Assembly: GCA_021781555.1 (NCBI GenBank)
Contig: JAJXWQ010000007.1
Span: 529-64,528 of the forward strand
Direction: 5' to 3'
Source: a bacterium
GTDB lineage: Bacteria; Cyanobacteriota; Sericytochromatia; S15B-MN24; VGJW01
Length of the DNA: 64,000 bases
Part shown: piece after piece, positions 29,541-39,360 of the stretch
How the letters are laid out: every line of letters starts with the position of its first letter
Numbering within the stretch: the stretch's first letter is position 1
Notes under the pieces: generated by a model
What the model saw: the letters and a program-made list of their open reading frames with translations, nothing else
The model's database searches: none
What the model was told of the DNA's origin: nothing
Program-made: the position numbers and the translations under genes

Positions 29541-29569
29541 TTGACCGTCGTTCAGCGCCGTGATAACGT
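29541..29569 (+). promoter_or_regulatory. sigma70 promoter of tRNA
   Basis: TTGACC-N17-TAACGT with TG extension. Confidence 0.6.
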
Positions 29570-29581
29570 GTTCCTGTTCGC

Positions 29582-29655
<74 letters not shown>

Positions 29656-29661
29656 CTCCGC

Positions 29662-29689
29662 CAGGGGCCTCGAGAGATCGAGGCCCCTG
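29662..29689. terminator. Hairpin after tRNA
   Basis: CAGGGGCCTCGA-GAGA-TCGAGGCCCCTG perfect 12-bp stem. Confidence 0.55.
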
Positions 29690-29727
29690 CGCTCGTCTGG
29701 GCGGGCAGGCGTGGGCCCGTGCGGCTC

Positions 29728-29892
29728 CTACGGCTTCAGCGTGGGGCCCGAGCCGGCCTGCGGGTTCACCAGCCCGTCGAGGACCGAAACCGTGGCCCCG
29801 ACGAAGATCGCCGAGGCAGCAACGCTTACGAACAGGAGAATGACGGGAACGAGCCACCCGATGATGCTGGTCGCGATGAAGAGGGCGAGCAT
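29728..29892 (-). CDS. 54-aa small membrane protein (absent from ORF track)
   Basis: GAAGGAGGG RBS, then MLALFIATSIIGWLVPVILLFVSVAASAIFVGATVSVLDGLVNPQAGSGPTLKP*. Confidence 0.65.
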   Translation of the reverse strand: MLALFIATSIIGWLVPVILLFVSVAASAIFVGATVSVLDGLVNPQAGSGPTLKP

Positions 29893-29917
29893 CTGGATTT
29901 CCCTCCTTCACTTCGAT

Positions 29918-30129
29918 CTAGAGTGCTCCCGGTTTGAACAGGATCGAGCCCGATGAGTCAAACGGGGCCCGGTTGCGCAGCGAAGCGACCGCGCAGAGGG
30001 ACCCGTTCGAGCTCAACAAGGCCTAGGGTTCCCGGTTTGAACAGGATCGAGCCCGATGAGTCAAACGGGGCCCGGTTGCGCAGCGAAGCGACCGCGCAGA
30101 GGGACCCGTTCGAGCTCAACAAGGCATAA
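29918..30129 (+). repeat. Tandem pair of CTAG-bounded MITE-like repeats
   Basis: CTAG at 29918 and 30023; near-identical units CCCGGTTTGAACAGGATCGAGCCCGATGAGTCAAACGGGGCCCGG...AACAAGGC. Confidence 0.9.
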
Positions 30130-30241
30130 CACCCGGCACTCGCGGCGACCACGGGAACCCGGACATGGTTTCCCGGCGCCAGCCGGGATCCTGTCGCCAG
30201 GTCGGCTCCCCGGGGTACACCAGGCCGGGGCGGATGCCCAG

Positions 30242-31123
30242 CTACCGGGACGATTCCATATCGAGGCTGATGTCCAGGAACCCCGCCAGGCGCGTGATGG
30301 CCGACGTGGAGAGGTAGTCGACTCCCGTACGGGCGATGGCCCCGGCTCGCTCGAGCGTGATCCCGCCCGAGGCCTCCACCGGAATGCGTCCGGCCACCAG
30401 TGCGACCGCTTGCTCGATCTCCTCGTTCGTCATGTTGTCGAGGAGGATGTGGTCGGCTCCGGCGGCCAGGGCTTCCTGCACCTGGAAAAGGGTGTCGGCC
30501 TCCACCAAGACCTTGGCCGTGACCGGGATACCAAGCCTGGCGCGCCTCACGGCCTCGGCGATGGATCCCGCCAGCGCGATGTGGTTGTCCTTGATCATGA
30601 CGGCGTCCGAAAGGCCAAAGCGGTGGTTGCGACCGCCCCCTGTCCGCACCGCGTACCGCTCGAGGATGCGCAAACCCGGCGTGGTCTTGCGCGTGTCCAG
30701 AAGCCGGGTCTTGCTCCCGGCGAGGCGCTCGACGAATCGGTGGCTCGTCGTGGCCACGGCGCACATCCGCTGCAGGAGGTTGAGGGCGACACGTTCGGCC
30801 ATGAGCATGCCGCGGGCCGGGCCGCTCACCCGCGCCACCACCGCTCCGGCCTCGGCCAGCGCGCCCTCGGGGACGAGCACCTCGGTGGCGATCGCCGGGT
30901 CGGCGAGGTAGAACACCCGCGCCAGGACCCCTGCGCCTGCAATCACCCCGGGCTCACGCAAGGTCACGTTACCGACTGCGCGATCGCTCTCGCCGAGGAC
31001 CAGCTGCGACGTGAGATCCCCGGAGCCGAGATCCTCCCGCAGGGCTGCGGTGAGGATGGGGTCGAGAAGGAGGGGGTGCAGGGCATCGACCGAGACGCCG
31101 CCGGCAGCTGACCTTTCAAGCAT
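30242..31123 (-). CDS. nadC: Quinolinate phosphoribosyltransferase
   Basis: EDLGSGDLT, ERVALN, DTRKTTPG, NHRFGLSDAVMIKDNH, LLDNM, EASGG. Confidence 0.96.
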   Translation of the reverse strand: MLERSAAGGVSVDALHPLLLDPILTAALREDLGSGDLTSQLVLGESDRAVGNVTLREPGVIAGAGVLARVFYLADPAIATEVLVPEGALAEAGAVVARVSGPARGMLMAERVALNLLQRMCAVATTSHRFVERLAGSKTRLLDTRKTTPGLRILERYAVRTGGGRNHRFGLSDAVMIKDNHIALAGSIAEAVRRARLGIPVTAKVLVEADTLFQVQEALAAGADHILLDNMTNEEIEQAVALVAGRIPVEASGGITLERAGAIARTGVDYLSTSAITRLAGFLDISLDMESSR

Positions 31124-31189
31124 TGGCGAAGTATACACTGCGTCAGGCGCCCAGTGTCGTCAGCAACGGTTGGTGCTACGATCGCTGCG

Positions 31190-31396
31190 ATGACCGTCGA
31201 CAAGCTTCTGGAATTCGAGCCCATCGAGTGCCAGCGCCTGGACAAGGAGAACGCGGCCTGGGCGCTCCAGTACGTCGCGCGCTGGCGCCAGCGCCTGGAG
31301 ACCGACGGCGACGACCCCGACCTGGTTGCTTACGGCAACCGCGAGATCGCCGCCTACGAGGAGCTGCTGGCCCGGTTCGGCCAGGCTCCAAGCTGA
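31190..31396 (+). CDS. Small helical hypothetical protein
   Basis: 68-aa ORF with coding-like codon use. Confidence 0.55.
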   Translation: MTVDKLLEFEPIECQRLDKENAAWALQYVARWRQRLETDGDDPDLVAYGNREIAAYEELLARFGQAPS

Positions 31397-31406
31397 GGAC
31401 GGCGAG

Positions 31407-31913
31407 GTGCCTGATTGGTCCGTCCCCCTGTTGCTAGCGGCCACGGTCGCGCTGGAAGGTGCCCTGGCCTCCCCTGCCCTCGCGCTGGTGCAGTACGGCG
31501 AGCATGCAGCCAGCCAGCCAGCCCTCCTCGCCGATCGCCTGATCGTGGCTTCCGGGGACATCCTGCACGCCAGGTCCTTCGACCAGTGCCTCGGCGGCCG
31601 TCCGACGCACCTGATGCCAGACATCCCGCGCTGGACGCGCCAGGCGCTCGCCGCGGCAGACCAGGAGCTCTATGCCGCGGGTTTCGACACCATCGATCCC
31701 GCCGAGCAGGGCAAGATAGCCGACCTCCGCTCTTGCATCCACGTCCTCTCTGCCCGCCTTGACAGGCGTCGCCGAGGTCTCGGCCGTGCCCTCCTACGCC
31801 TGTATCTGGCAGTCCACGCCATGGCATCCGAGGTCGCGGGCAGGGTCGCCAACCGGGTCGAGTCGAGCGCGCCCTTGACCCGACCGCCCCTCGGAGCCAC
31901 ACCCGCTACCTGA
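31407..31913 (+). CDS. Hypothetical protein with signal-like N-terminus
   Basis: GAGG RBS and GTG start; fills the gap up to hemW. Confidence 0.45.
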   Translation: MPDWSVPLLLAATVALEGALASPALALVQYGEHAASQPALLADRLIVASGDILHARSFDQCLGGRPTHLMPDIPRWTRQALAAADQELYAAGFDTIDPAEQGKIADLRSCIHVLSARLDRRRRGLGRALLRLYLAVHAMASEVAGRVANRVESSAPLTRPPLGATPAT

Positions 31914-31931
31914 CGAGCCGCAGCCCGTCTC

Positions 31932-33149
31932 CTATTCCAGGAACTCGGCGAAGACCCCGTTGGCCACGGGGAGGGCCGCAGGAGTCAAGCGCAGGGAATC
32001 CCCGCGCAGCTCGAGCATGCCCAGCTCCACCATCCTCGAGATGGCCGTCCCGAACACCTCGTCCAGCTCTTTGCCGAAGCGCCGCCGGAACGCGGCGAAG
32101 GACACTCCTTCCTGGACCAGCCGCAAGCCCATCAAGACCGCGTCTTCCATCGCCTCTCGAATCGGCTGTGGCCGCGCGGGAATGGCGGGAAGAGGCTGGT
32201 CGAGGTACCCATCGATCGTCCGGTCGTGCGCGAAGCGACGCCGGGCGAGGTACGAATGCGCTCCGGAGCCAAACCCGAGATAGGGCCGCCCCAGCCAGTA
32301 GATGCGGTTGTGGGCCGATTCGTGCCCCGGGCGTGCCCAGCTCGAGATCTCGTAGCGCCGATATCCAGCCTCCGCCATCTTCGCGACCAGGAGGTCGAGC
32401 ATCTGGCGCTCGGCATCCTCGCCGGGAAGCTGCAACAGGCCACGCTCGGCACGGACACCGAAAGCGGTGCCGGGCTCGACCTGCAGGCCATAAACCGAGA
32501 AATGCTCGGGTCCCAGGGCAAGCGCCCGATCTAGCGTAGCGTCCCATGAGGCCTGGTCCTGCCCGGGCAGGCCGAACATGAGATCCAGGGAGATATCCGT
32601 GAACCCCGCATCCCGAAGCTCGCCGACGGTGCGCGACACATCCACCACGCCGTGATCCCGGCCGAGAATTCCGAGCAGGGTATCGTCGAAGACCTGGGCC
32701 CCCACCGAGACGCGGTTGACGCCGCACTCCCGCGCCATTCGCCAGAGAGCGGTCGAACCCGTCTTCGGGTTGACCTCCAGCGTGACCTCGGCGTCCTTGG
32801 CGAGGCGAAAATGCCGGTGGGCCGCCGACAGAACCCTCTCGAGCAGTCCAGGCTCCAGGAGGGAGGGCGTGCCGCCGCCCAGGTACAGCGTTGCGGCATC
32901 GAGCACGCCACCCCGCGGCATCGCGCAGCCCGAGTAGGACGAGATCTCGCGCTCGAGGGCCGCGACGTAGGCCTCCATCTGGCGCTCGCGACCGGCATGG
33001 CACGCGAAGTCGCAGTAGTGGCACTTGATCCGGCAAAACGGGATGTGGATGTACAGGCCGAGCCCACGCCCTATCGGGCGAGCGACGTCCCCCGCGAGTT
33101 CGTCACGTTCCGACGTCCCGGATATCCTCGAACTTGATGACGTGGACAC
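31932..33149 (-). CDS. hemW: Radical SAM heme chaperone HemW
   Basis: LYIHIPFCRIKCHYCDF, YLGGGTPS, YEISSW, HNRIYW; start uncertain (33149 or 33191). Confidence 0.92.
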   Translation of the reverse strand: MSTSSSSRISGTSERDELAGDVARPIGRGLGLYIHIPFCRIKCHYCDFACHAGRERQMEAYVAALEREISSYSGCAMPRGGVLDAATLYLGGGTPSLLEPGLLERVLSAAHRHFRLAKDAEVTLEVNPKTGSTALWRMARECGVNRVSVGAQVFDDTLLGILGRDHGVVDVSRTVGELRDAGFTDISLDLMFGLPGQDQASWDATLDRALALGPEHFSVYGLQVEPGTAFGVRAERGLLQLPGEDAERQMLDLLVAKMAEAGYRRYEISSWARPGHESAHNRIYWLGRPYLGFGSGAHSYLARRRFAHDRTIDGYLDQPLPAIPARPQPIREAMEDAVLMGLRLVQEGVSFAAFRRRFGKELDEVFGTAISRMVELGMLELRGDSLRLTPAALPVANGVFAEFLE

Positions 33150-33327
33150 GCTTCTGGCCCTTTTCCTGGCCCGTAAGATATCCGCCCTCATCCTCCGATA
33201 TCGACTTGACCAGGAAGTCGCGCATCGGCCTGCGGTTGTCGAAGAGCAGCTTGATCGGACGGGTCCCCCCCTTGGACATGTCGTCCACCATCTTAGCGAT
33301 TTCGTCCGGTGTCTTCTTGAGTGCCAT
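33103..33327 (-). CDS. Small hypothetical protein (possible SH3/Sm-like beta fold)
   Basis: 74-aa ORF with GAGG RBS, overlapping both neighbours in operon fashion. Confidence 0.6.
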   Translation of the reverse strand: MALKKTPDEIAKMVDDMSKGGTRPIKLLFDNRRPMRDFLVKSISEDEGGYLTGQEKGQKRVHVIKFEDIRDVGT

Positions 33328-33871
33328 CCAAACCTCGCGTGACATGCTCGGAAGCCAGCATGCCCATTGCCATGAAATCGTGATGCGTACCGGCGAAGAA
33401 GCGATGGTGTCTCAGCATCCCCTCGTGCTGAAATCCCAGGCGCTCATAGCACCGAACCGCCCGGTCATGGTCCGAGCGGACCAGTAACCGGACCTTGTGG
33501 ACTCCCAGATCCTCGAACAGGTAGGACAAGAGGAGCCCCATGGTCTCTGTACCCAACCCTCGGCCGCGGTCCTCCTCCTGACCCAGGTAGAGTCCAACCT
33601 CGACATTGCGATCCTGGGCATCGAAGGAGCCGTACCAGGCAGTTCCCAGCAAGCGGCCGTCGACGGTGGCACAGACCGCATAGGTACGGCCCTCGTGGGG
33701 CTCGACCCGGGCCAGGATCGCGTCGTACCAGGCCTCGGTCTCGTCGGGCGCGGACAGGTGCCGGCGGGTCCCCAGCAGGGCCGAGAGGGCCGGGTCGTTC
33801 CACCAGGAGTTGAGCGCATCGAGATCCTGCCGCTCGATGGCCCGGAGCATCACCCGCTTTGCCAGTAGCAT
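33293..33871 (-). CDS. GNAT N-acetyltransferase (RimJ/RimL-like)
   Basis: RGRGLGTE, AVRCYERLGFQHEG. Confidence 0.9.
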   Translation of the reverse strand: MLLAKRVMLRAIERQDLDALNSWWNDPALSALLGTRRHLSAPDETEAWYDAILARVEPHEGRTYAVCATVDGRLLGTAWYGSFDAQDRNVEVGLYLGQEEDRGRGLGTETMGLLLSYLFEDLGVHKVRLLVRSDHDRAVRCYERLGFQHEGMLRHHRFFAGTHHDFMAMGMLASEHVTRGLDGTQEDTGRNR

Positions 33872-34040
33872 TCGCTTGATTATAAGGGTTCAACCGGCGT
33901 ACGATTCCTGGCGGCTTCCTCAGATGGACGGGCCCTGCCAGGCAAGCGCCAGGGGGGCGGATCGTGATCCCGCCCGGCTTCGCGATCCACGCGATCGGGT
34001 CCCGTCCGACGCTATCCCAAGATCGGCCCGGAGCTTCGCA

Positions 34041-34820
34041 ATGCTTCGAATCGGCGAGCCCCACTACCTGAGCACGCTGCCGCTATACCACTCCCTGCGC
34101 AAGCGGCAGGATCCTGACCTGGAGCTGTTTCCAGGCGGTTTGACCGAGCTATCCACCAGGCTTGCCAACAAAGAGCTCGATGCCGGTCCGGTCTCGGTCG
34201 TCGAGTACCTGGCCCACCCGGATCGGTTCAGGATGCTCCCCAACGTGGCGCTCTCGAGCGTCGGCCGCTCCCTGTGCGTCACGCTCTTCAGCCGGCGGCC
34301 AGCCTACGAACTGGCCGATGCGCGGATCGCGGTTCCGGCCACGGCCCCGGGTCCCGTGGCCCTCCTGCGCTGGCTCATGCGCGAGATGTACCGACTCGAA
34401 CCCACGCTCGTGGCCCGGACGGGCGGCCTGCGTGAGAGCCTGGCCGAACACGACGCGGTGCTCCTGTTCCAGGATGCCGCGCTCGAGGCACACGCCGGCA
34501 CGGCCGATCTCTTCCAGATCTGGGATCTGGGCGAGGCCTGGTGGCAGATCACCAATACCCCGTTCATCTACATGCTCTGGGCGGCCCGGAGCGATCTTCT
34601 TGAGGACGACGTTGCGGCGATCACCCTCGCTTTCGACGCAGCCAAGGCCAACGCGCCGGCGCTCGGTGGCGAGATCCTGGCCGAGGCCCAACGCCGCAGC
34701 GCCATCCCCCGTACCCTCTTGGAGGGCTACTTCAACCGCTTCCGGTACGATTTCACGACGTCCCAGCAAGAGGGCCTCGAGGCCTATCGCCAGGCGCTGG
34801 CCACCCTCGTCACGGTCTAG
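34041..34820 (+). CDS. MqnA-like chorismate dehydratase homolog (divergent)
   Basis: MLRIG..YLSTLPLY, LDAGPVSVVEY, WDLGEAWWQITNTPF. Confidence 0.75.
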   Translation: MLRIGEPHYLSTLPLYHSLRKRQDPDLELFPGGLTELSTRLANKELDAGPVSVVEYLAHPDRFRMLPNVALSSVGRSLCVTLFSRRPAYELADARIAVPATAPGPVALLRWLMREMYRLEPTLVARTGGLRESLAEHDAVLLFQDAALEAHAGTADLFQIWDLGEAWWQITNTPFIYMLWAARSDLLEDDVAAITLAFDAAKANAPALGGEILAEAQRRSAIPRTLLEGYFNRFRYDFTTSQQEGLEAYRQALATLVTV

Positions 34821-34917
34821 AGTGCTCCCGGTTTGAATGGATCGGGCCCGATGAGTCAAACGGGGCCCGGTTGTGCAGCGAAGCGACCGCGCAGAGTGAC
34901 CGTTCAAGCCGAAAGGA
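34817..34917 (+). repeat. CTAG-bounded MITE-like repeat on stop codon
   Basis: CTAGAGTGCTCCCGGTTTGAATGGATCGGGCCCGATGAGTCAAACGG...; its TAG is the upstream gene stop. Confidence 0.88.
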
Positions 34918-34999
34918 TCGCTCGGGAAGGGCCCCCGTGCCGGCCGAGGCCGGCACGGGAGCCCCTGAGCGGAAGCGCGCACCGCCTCGCGCTTCGAGC

Positions 35000-36271
35000 C
35001 TACGGAAGTCCGATCGAACCGTCGACGGGGACCGGCGGGACCGACGGCGCGCCGTCGAAAGGCAGTGGCGGAACCGCAGCGCCGAGTGATGGCACGAAGC
35101 CGGAATAAGGCAACAGCGATCCAGCTCCGAGGTAGAACGGCGGGAAGAACGGGTGCCACAGACCCGAGGCCAGGGAGTACGGCACCATGTAGACGTAGGA
35201 GTCGTAGAGGTACGGATAGAAGGAGAACGGGAACGTCCCGCCCGCGTATGGCAGCATCCCCCCGAAGATCCCGAAGGGATAGAAGCCACATTCACCGCAC
35301 CAGTTGAGGCCGCCGAAGAACAGCCCGTCGAAGTCGCCCATCGGCGCGAATCCCCCTCCATCGGGCCCCCACCAGTGGCTACCGTGATCCCGGTGCCCGC
35401 GGCCCCGGCCAGGCCCGGCGTGGTCGCCGCCGTTGCCGCCGTGGTTCCACTGCTCGCCGCCGGCGCCATTGCCACCGTTCGCATGGCCGCTGCCACCCGG
35501 GTTCGAGTACCCGCTCCCGGCCGCCCCCCCATTTCCCCCAGGAGCGGGATCCCCATGCCCCCCGCTGGAAGCGCCGCTCGAGCCGCCGGCAGCTGGCATT
35601 CCGGAAGCCAGCGCAGGATCGACCTTGTAGGCCCCGGTCGGACGCCCACGCTGCTCTGGCGTCGAGCGGCCGCTGCCGCCTTCGTGGCTCTGCGGTCCGG
35701 TATACGCTCCGCTGCCCCGTCCACCTGGAACCGGCGATCCGCCATTCCAGCGTGACGCCTGCAGGTCCGAAGCGGAAAGATCGGAGCTCGTGACGCCTGA
35801 CGACAACGAGGACACGCTATACCCGGGCCCACCCGGGGACTCGCCGTCCGCCGTCCCCCCGGAGGACGGGAACTGCACCGCCGAAGCCGGGACCTGCAGG
35901 AGCTCCGTGCTGGCCTGCTCGGGTGTGAGCTGGCCGGGCACGAACTGCTGGAGCTGGCCGAGGGTGGGCCTCATCGTATCCGGCGCCTCGCCGGCATCCG
36001 TACGGGCCAAAAGATCGGACAGGCTCGAGATGTGAATGTAACCCTCGGTTGCCAGGGCCTGGGAATTACCCGGAGACGCATTGCCGGAAAGACCGCCAGC
36101 GGCAGGATCCGTGACGGGGCTCGCGCTCATGCCGGGCACGGCCACGGGATCGGCAGGACTCGGGGCATAAGGGTTCAAGGCAGGCACGTCTGGCTTCCAG
36201 GCACTGCAGCCGACGACGCCGGTTGCGACGGCCATCGAGGCCGCCCAAAGAATCTTCCACCGGATCAGCAT
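35000..36271 (-). CDS. Gly-rich low-complexity lipoprotein
   Basis: AGGAGGT RBS; lipobox-like VVGC; G/N/H-rich middle, F/Y/P-rich tail. Confidence 0.7.
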   Translation of the reverse strand: MLIRWKILWAASMAVATGVVGCSAWKPDVPALNPYAPSPADPVAVPGMSASPVTDPAAGGLSGNASPGNSQALATEGYIHISSLSDLLARTDAGEAPDTMRPTLGQLQQFVPGQLTPEQASTELLQVPASAVQFPSSGGTADGESPGGPGYSVSSLSSGVTSSDLSASDLQASRWNGGSPVPGGRGSGAYTGPQSHEGGSGRSTPEQRGRPTGAYKVDPALASGMPAAGGSSGASSGGHGDPAPGGNGGAAGSGYSNPGGSGHANGGNGAGGEQWNHGGNGGDHAGPGRGRGHRDHGSHWWGPDGGGFAPMGDFDGLFFGGLNWCGECGFYPFGIFGGMLPYAGGTFPFSFYPYLYDSYVYMVPYSLASGLWHPFFPPFYLGAGSLLPYSGFVPSLGAAVPPLPFDGAPSVPPVPVDGSIGLP

Positions 36272-36675
36272 CCGACACCTCCTGCAGCAGCGCTCGTGAC
36301 GGGCCTCAGAGCGATCCACATGGATCCCGGGGCCAGCGCCGGCCAGACGGACCCCGCCGGCCAGCGCCAAGAGCACGCTGCGACTACCCCACCTGCAGGT
36401 CAGCTTAAGCGAGGCCCTGAACTCGCACAACGCGCGCAGGGCCGCTCGGGGTCCTGCTCTTGGATACCGAGGGTTGCGGCCGGCGCCCGAGGTCCCGAGG
36501 GCCAGGGAGTCCCTGCCGCCAGCCACTCGTTTTCGGCTTGCGACGACCTTTTTTGTTCGCAGCCGGGCAAAGGTCGCCTTTCACCCGTGCGCAGGCCAGG
36601 AAAGCCTTCTCTAACGCCTCGAGCCTACGGTATGATGAAGTTTGAGCAACCGAGGAAAGGGGGCGTGGGCGGACG

Positions 36676-38046
36676 ATGTCGATCGTGCCCTTCACACCCG
36701 GCCCCAAAGGGGAAGCGGTCAAGCATAACGATCGAGGCGTCGCCCTCCACGAGCAGGGGGATCTCGACGGTGCGGTGGCGGCATACCGCGAGGCGGTCGC
36801 GATCGATCCTTCGTACGCCAACGCGCATTTCAACCTGGCACTCGCCCTCCACGACCAGGGCAAGATCGACCAGGCGATCGGGTCGTACCGGGATGCCACG
36901 CGCCTCGACCCCGAGGACCCCGAGGCCCTTCTCAACCTCGGCGTCGCTCTGCAGACCCGGGGCGACATCGAGGAGGCACGCGCATGTTTCAAGGCCTGCG
37001 TCACGCTCGATCCCGACTATGCTTGCGCGCACTGCAAGCTCGGCGCCCTGCTTTACGATACCGGCGACCTGGATCAGGCCTCATGGGAACTCAAGAAGGC
37101 CCTACGCCTCGATCCCCACTGCCCGGACGGCCATCACACCCTCGGGCTCGTCCTGTTCGATCGCGGCAGGGCGGATGCCGCCCAGGGCGAGTTCCGCCGC
37201 GCCATCGACCTCGATCCGTCACACCTGGACGCAACCCGGGATCTCGGTCGGGTCCTCCAGCAGACCGGCCACCTGGACGCCGCGGTCTCGGAATACCGCA
37301 AGGCGCTCCTGCTCGAGCGCGACGACCTGCATGCCCGCGTCGGCCTCGCGTCGGTCCTGACCCAGCGGGGCGATTACAACGGTGCCATCGAGGCCTTCGG
37401 CCAGATCCTCGCCGAGGCTCCTGATTTCGCCCCCGCCCACCTCGGGCTGGGCGAGGTTCACCAGGCCCTGGGCGATCTGCCGGCAGCCATCGCCTGCTTT
37501 CGCCAGGCAACGGCTCACCTGCCCACCTCGGCGGGCGCCTGGCTGGCGCTCGGCGAGGCCCTCCACGCCGTTCACGATACGCGGGCGGCCCTCGCTGCTT
37601 ACGAGACCGGCCGCCGCCTCGCACCCCAAGATCCGGCGGCCCACGAGGGCTGCGGCTGGGCTCTCCTCCAGAACAAGGAGCCCGGCGAGGCGGTTCGCTC
37701 CTTCACAGAAGCCGTCCGGCTGAGTCCAGATTCCGTCGGTGCCCGCTTCGGGCTGGCTTCCGCCCTGGCAGCTCAGGGCGCCGCCGAGGACGCGGTGGCG
37801 GCTTTCGAGGAGGTCATCCGACGCCAGCCGAATCATGCTGCGGCCCACGTCCAGCTGGGCGCCCTGCTGCTGGCGAGAGGGCGTCTCACCGAAGCCGGCC
37901 GAATACTGCAGGCTGCGATCGATCTAGACCCGAGCCTATCCGGCGCCTACCTGCAGCTTGGACTGGCACGTCTGCTGCAAGGCCGCGTGCGCCTGGCCGT
38001 CTCGACCTGGCTGGCGGGCCTGCAGTACCTGAGATCCCGCTCGTAG
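36676..38046 (+). CDS. Tetratricopeptide repeat protein
   Basis: About 12 tandem 34-aa TPRs (A..NLG..L...G....A...Y..A..LDP). Confidence 0.92.
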   Translation: MSIVPFTPGPKGEAVKHNDRGVALHEQGDLDGAVAAYREAVAIDPSYANAHFNLALALHDQGKIDQAIGSYRDATRLDPEDPEALLNLGVALQTRGDIEEARACFKACVTLDPDYACAHCKLGALLYDTGDLDQASWELKKALRLDPHCPDGHHTLGLVLFDRGRADAAQGEFRRAIDLDPSHLDATRDLGRVLQQTGHLDAAVSEYRKALLLERDDLHARVGLASVLTQRGDYNGAIEAFGQILAEAPDFAPAHLGLGEVHQALGDLPAAIACFRQATAHLPTSAGAWLALGEALHAVHDTRAALAAYETGRRLAPQDPAAHEGCGWALLQNKEPGEAVRSFTEAVRLSPDSVGARFGLASALAAQGAAEDAVAAFEEVIRRQPNHAAAHVQLGALLLARGRLTEAGRILQAAIDLDPSLSGAYLQLGLARLLQGRVRLAVSTWLAGLQYLRSRS

Positions 38047-38079
38047 CTGCAAAGCCGCAGGCGAAGGAGTGCGCGGTGG

Positions 38080-38153
38080 CTAGGCCTTTTGCAGTTTGAA
38101 CGGGGCCCGTTTGACTCATCGGGCCCGATCCATTCAAACCGGGAGCACTCTAG
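38080..38153 (-). repeat. Internally deleted 74-bp MITE-like copy
   Basis: Reverse complement CTAGAGTGCTCCCGGTTTGAATGG...CCCGTTCAAACTGCAAAAGGCCTAG; left TAG is the LysM gene stop. Confidence 0.88.
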
Positions 38154-38905
38154 GCCTTGCGCCGATCGGATCCTTCCATCGACATGACCCACTCGGTGTA
38201 CCTGGGGGTGTCGGTGGGATCGTCCCGCAGCGCCATCCGGAACGTGATGCGATCCTTGATGGGCCGGAAGGACACGACCTCCACGATCTCCTGGCAGTAA
38301 CCCTCGCGGCGGAGATCCTCGACGGCCTTCTGGGGGCTGACCATGACGACCTTGTCGCCCGAGAGCGGATCGAAGGCGACCAGCGTCCCACCCTCGGCAT
38401 CGCCGCGGGGTCCCTCGATGGCGAGCAGCCGGCCATCCGGCGACCAGCCGACGCGCTTCCAGACCAGATCGGGGCCATCCGACGGGACGGCGATCCGCTT
38501 GCCGCTCTTGCGTTCGAACACGGTGAGCGTGTTGGGCGCGCCCTTGATGGAGCTGTCCAGGACACCGACATAGCGGCGATCGGCGCTCATCCGGACTTCC
38601 CCATGCTGCGCGGTGCGCTGGGCCAGGCCCTGGGCGGGCTCGCCCGCCGAGGCCGGCAGGAGATCGGGCACCCAGATGCGCTCGGTCGGGCGCAGAAAAT
38701 TTGGATTCATCGCGGGGTTGCGACGCATGAGCTCAGCCACGGGCACACCCGAAGCTCGGGCGATCGCACCAAGGGTATCGCCCGGTCGCACCAGGTAAGC
38801 GAAGGCCGGACCACGACCGGGGCGGTCGTTGGGAGATGGGCCCGCCGGGATGGGCAGCCTTGCAGGACGCGCAACGCCCGGCTGGCGCAACATTGCAGTG
38901 GACAC
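38150..38905 (-). CDS. LysM domain protein with propeller-like fragment
   Basis: YLVRPGDTLGAIA...LMRRNP; WSPDGRLLA; GGAGG RBS before GTG. Confidence 0.8.
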   Translation of the reverse strand: MSTAMLRQPGVARPARLPIPAGPSPNDRPGRGPAFAYLVRPGDTLGAIARASGVPVAELMRRNPAMNPNFLRPTERIWVPDLLPASAGEPAQGLAQRTAQHGEVRMSADRRYVGVLDSSIKGAPNTLTVFERKSGKRIAVPSDGPDLVWKRVGWSPDGRLLAIEGPRGDAEGGTLVAFDPLSGDKVVMVSPQKAVEDLRREGYCQEIVEVVSFRPIKDRITFRMALRDDPTDTPRYTEWVMSMEGSDRRKA

Positions 38906-39097
38906 GAGACCTTCCTCCTCCGTGGGCTCGAGGCAACCTTCGCGGCCGTTCGCCTCGCCCGACGAGCCATGACGGCTCTCCAGTTCTATCGTGCTCGGGC
39001 GCCGAAGACTGACGCGCTCGCACGTTAAGCTTGGAGGAAGAAACGCCCCAAAGGGCTTAACCGAGCCTTCCCGCTCCCGGTGCGCTACACTGTCGTC

Positions 39098-39352
39098 ATG
39101 ACCACAGAGAATGGCCTGATGCGCCTGTACCAGTTCGAGTCCTGCCCGTACTGCCACCAGGTGCGGCAGAAGCTAAGCGAGCTCCTGCTCACCTACGTCG
39201 CGATCAACGTTCCGCAGGATCGCTCCAGGCGGCAGGAGGTCATCGCGGTATCCGGACAGCCGACCGTTCCGGTACTGGTCGACGGAGACGTCGTGATCGC
39301 GGACGAGAACGACATCATCGCGCATCTCGAGAAGAAGTACAGCAAGAAATAG
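39098..39352 (+). CDS. Glutaredoxin / GST N-terminal domain protein
   Basis: LYQFESCPYC, SGQPTVPVLVD. Confidence 0.88.
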   Translation: MTTENGLMRLYQFESCPYCHQVRQKLSELLLTYVAINVPQDRSRRQEVIAVSGQPTVPVLVDGDVVIADENDIIAHLEKKYSKK

Positions 39353-39360
39353 GTGGCGGG

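Noticed and set aside
29950..29970. Hammerhead-like CCGATGAG in the repeat
   Set aside because: No proper stem II or GAAA and no three-way junction; motif varies among copies.
36290..36670. Riboswitch upstream of the lipoprotein or TPR gene
   Set aside because: No c-di-GMP, SAM, TPP or cobalamin consensus recognised.
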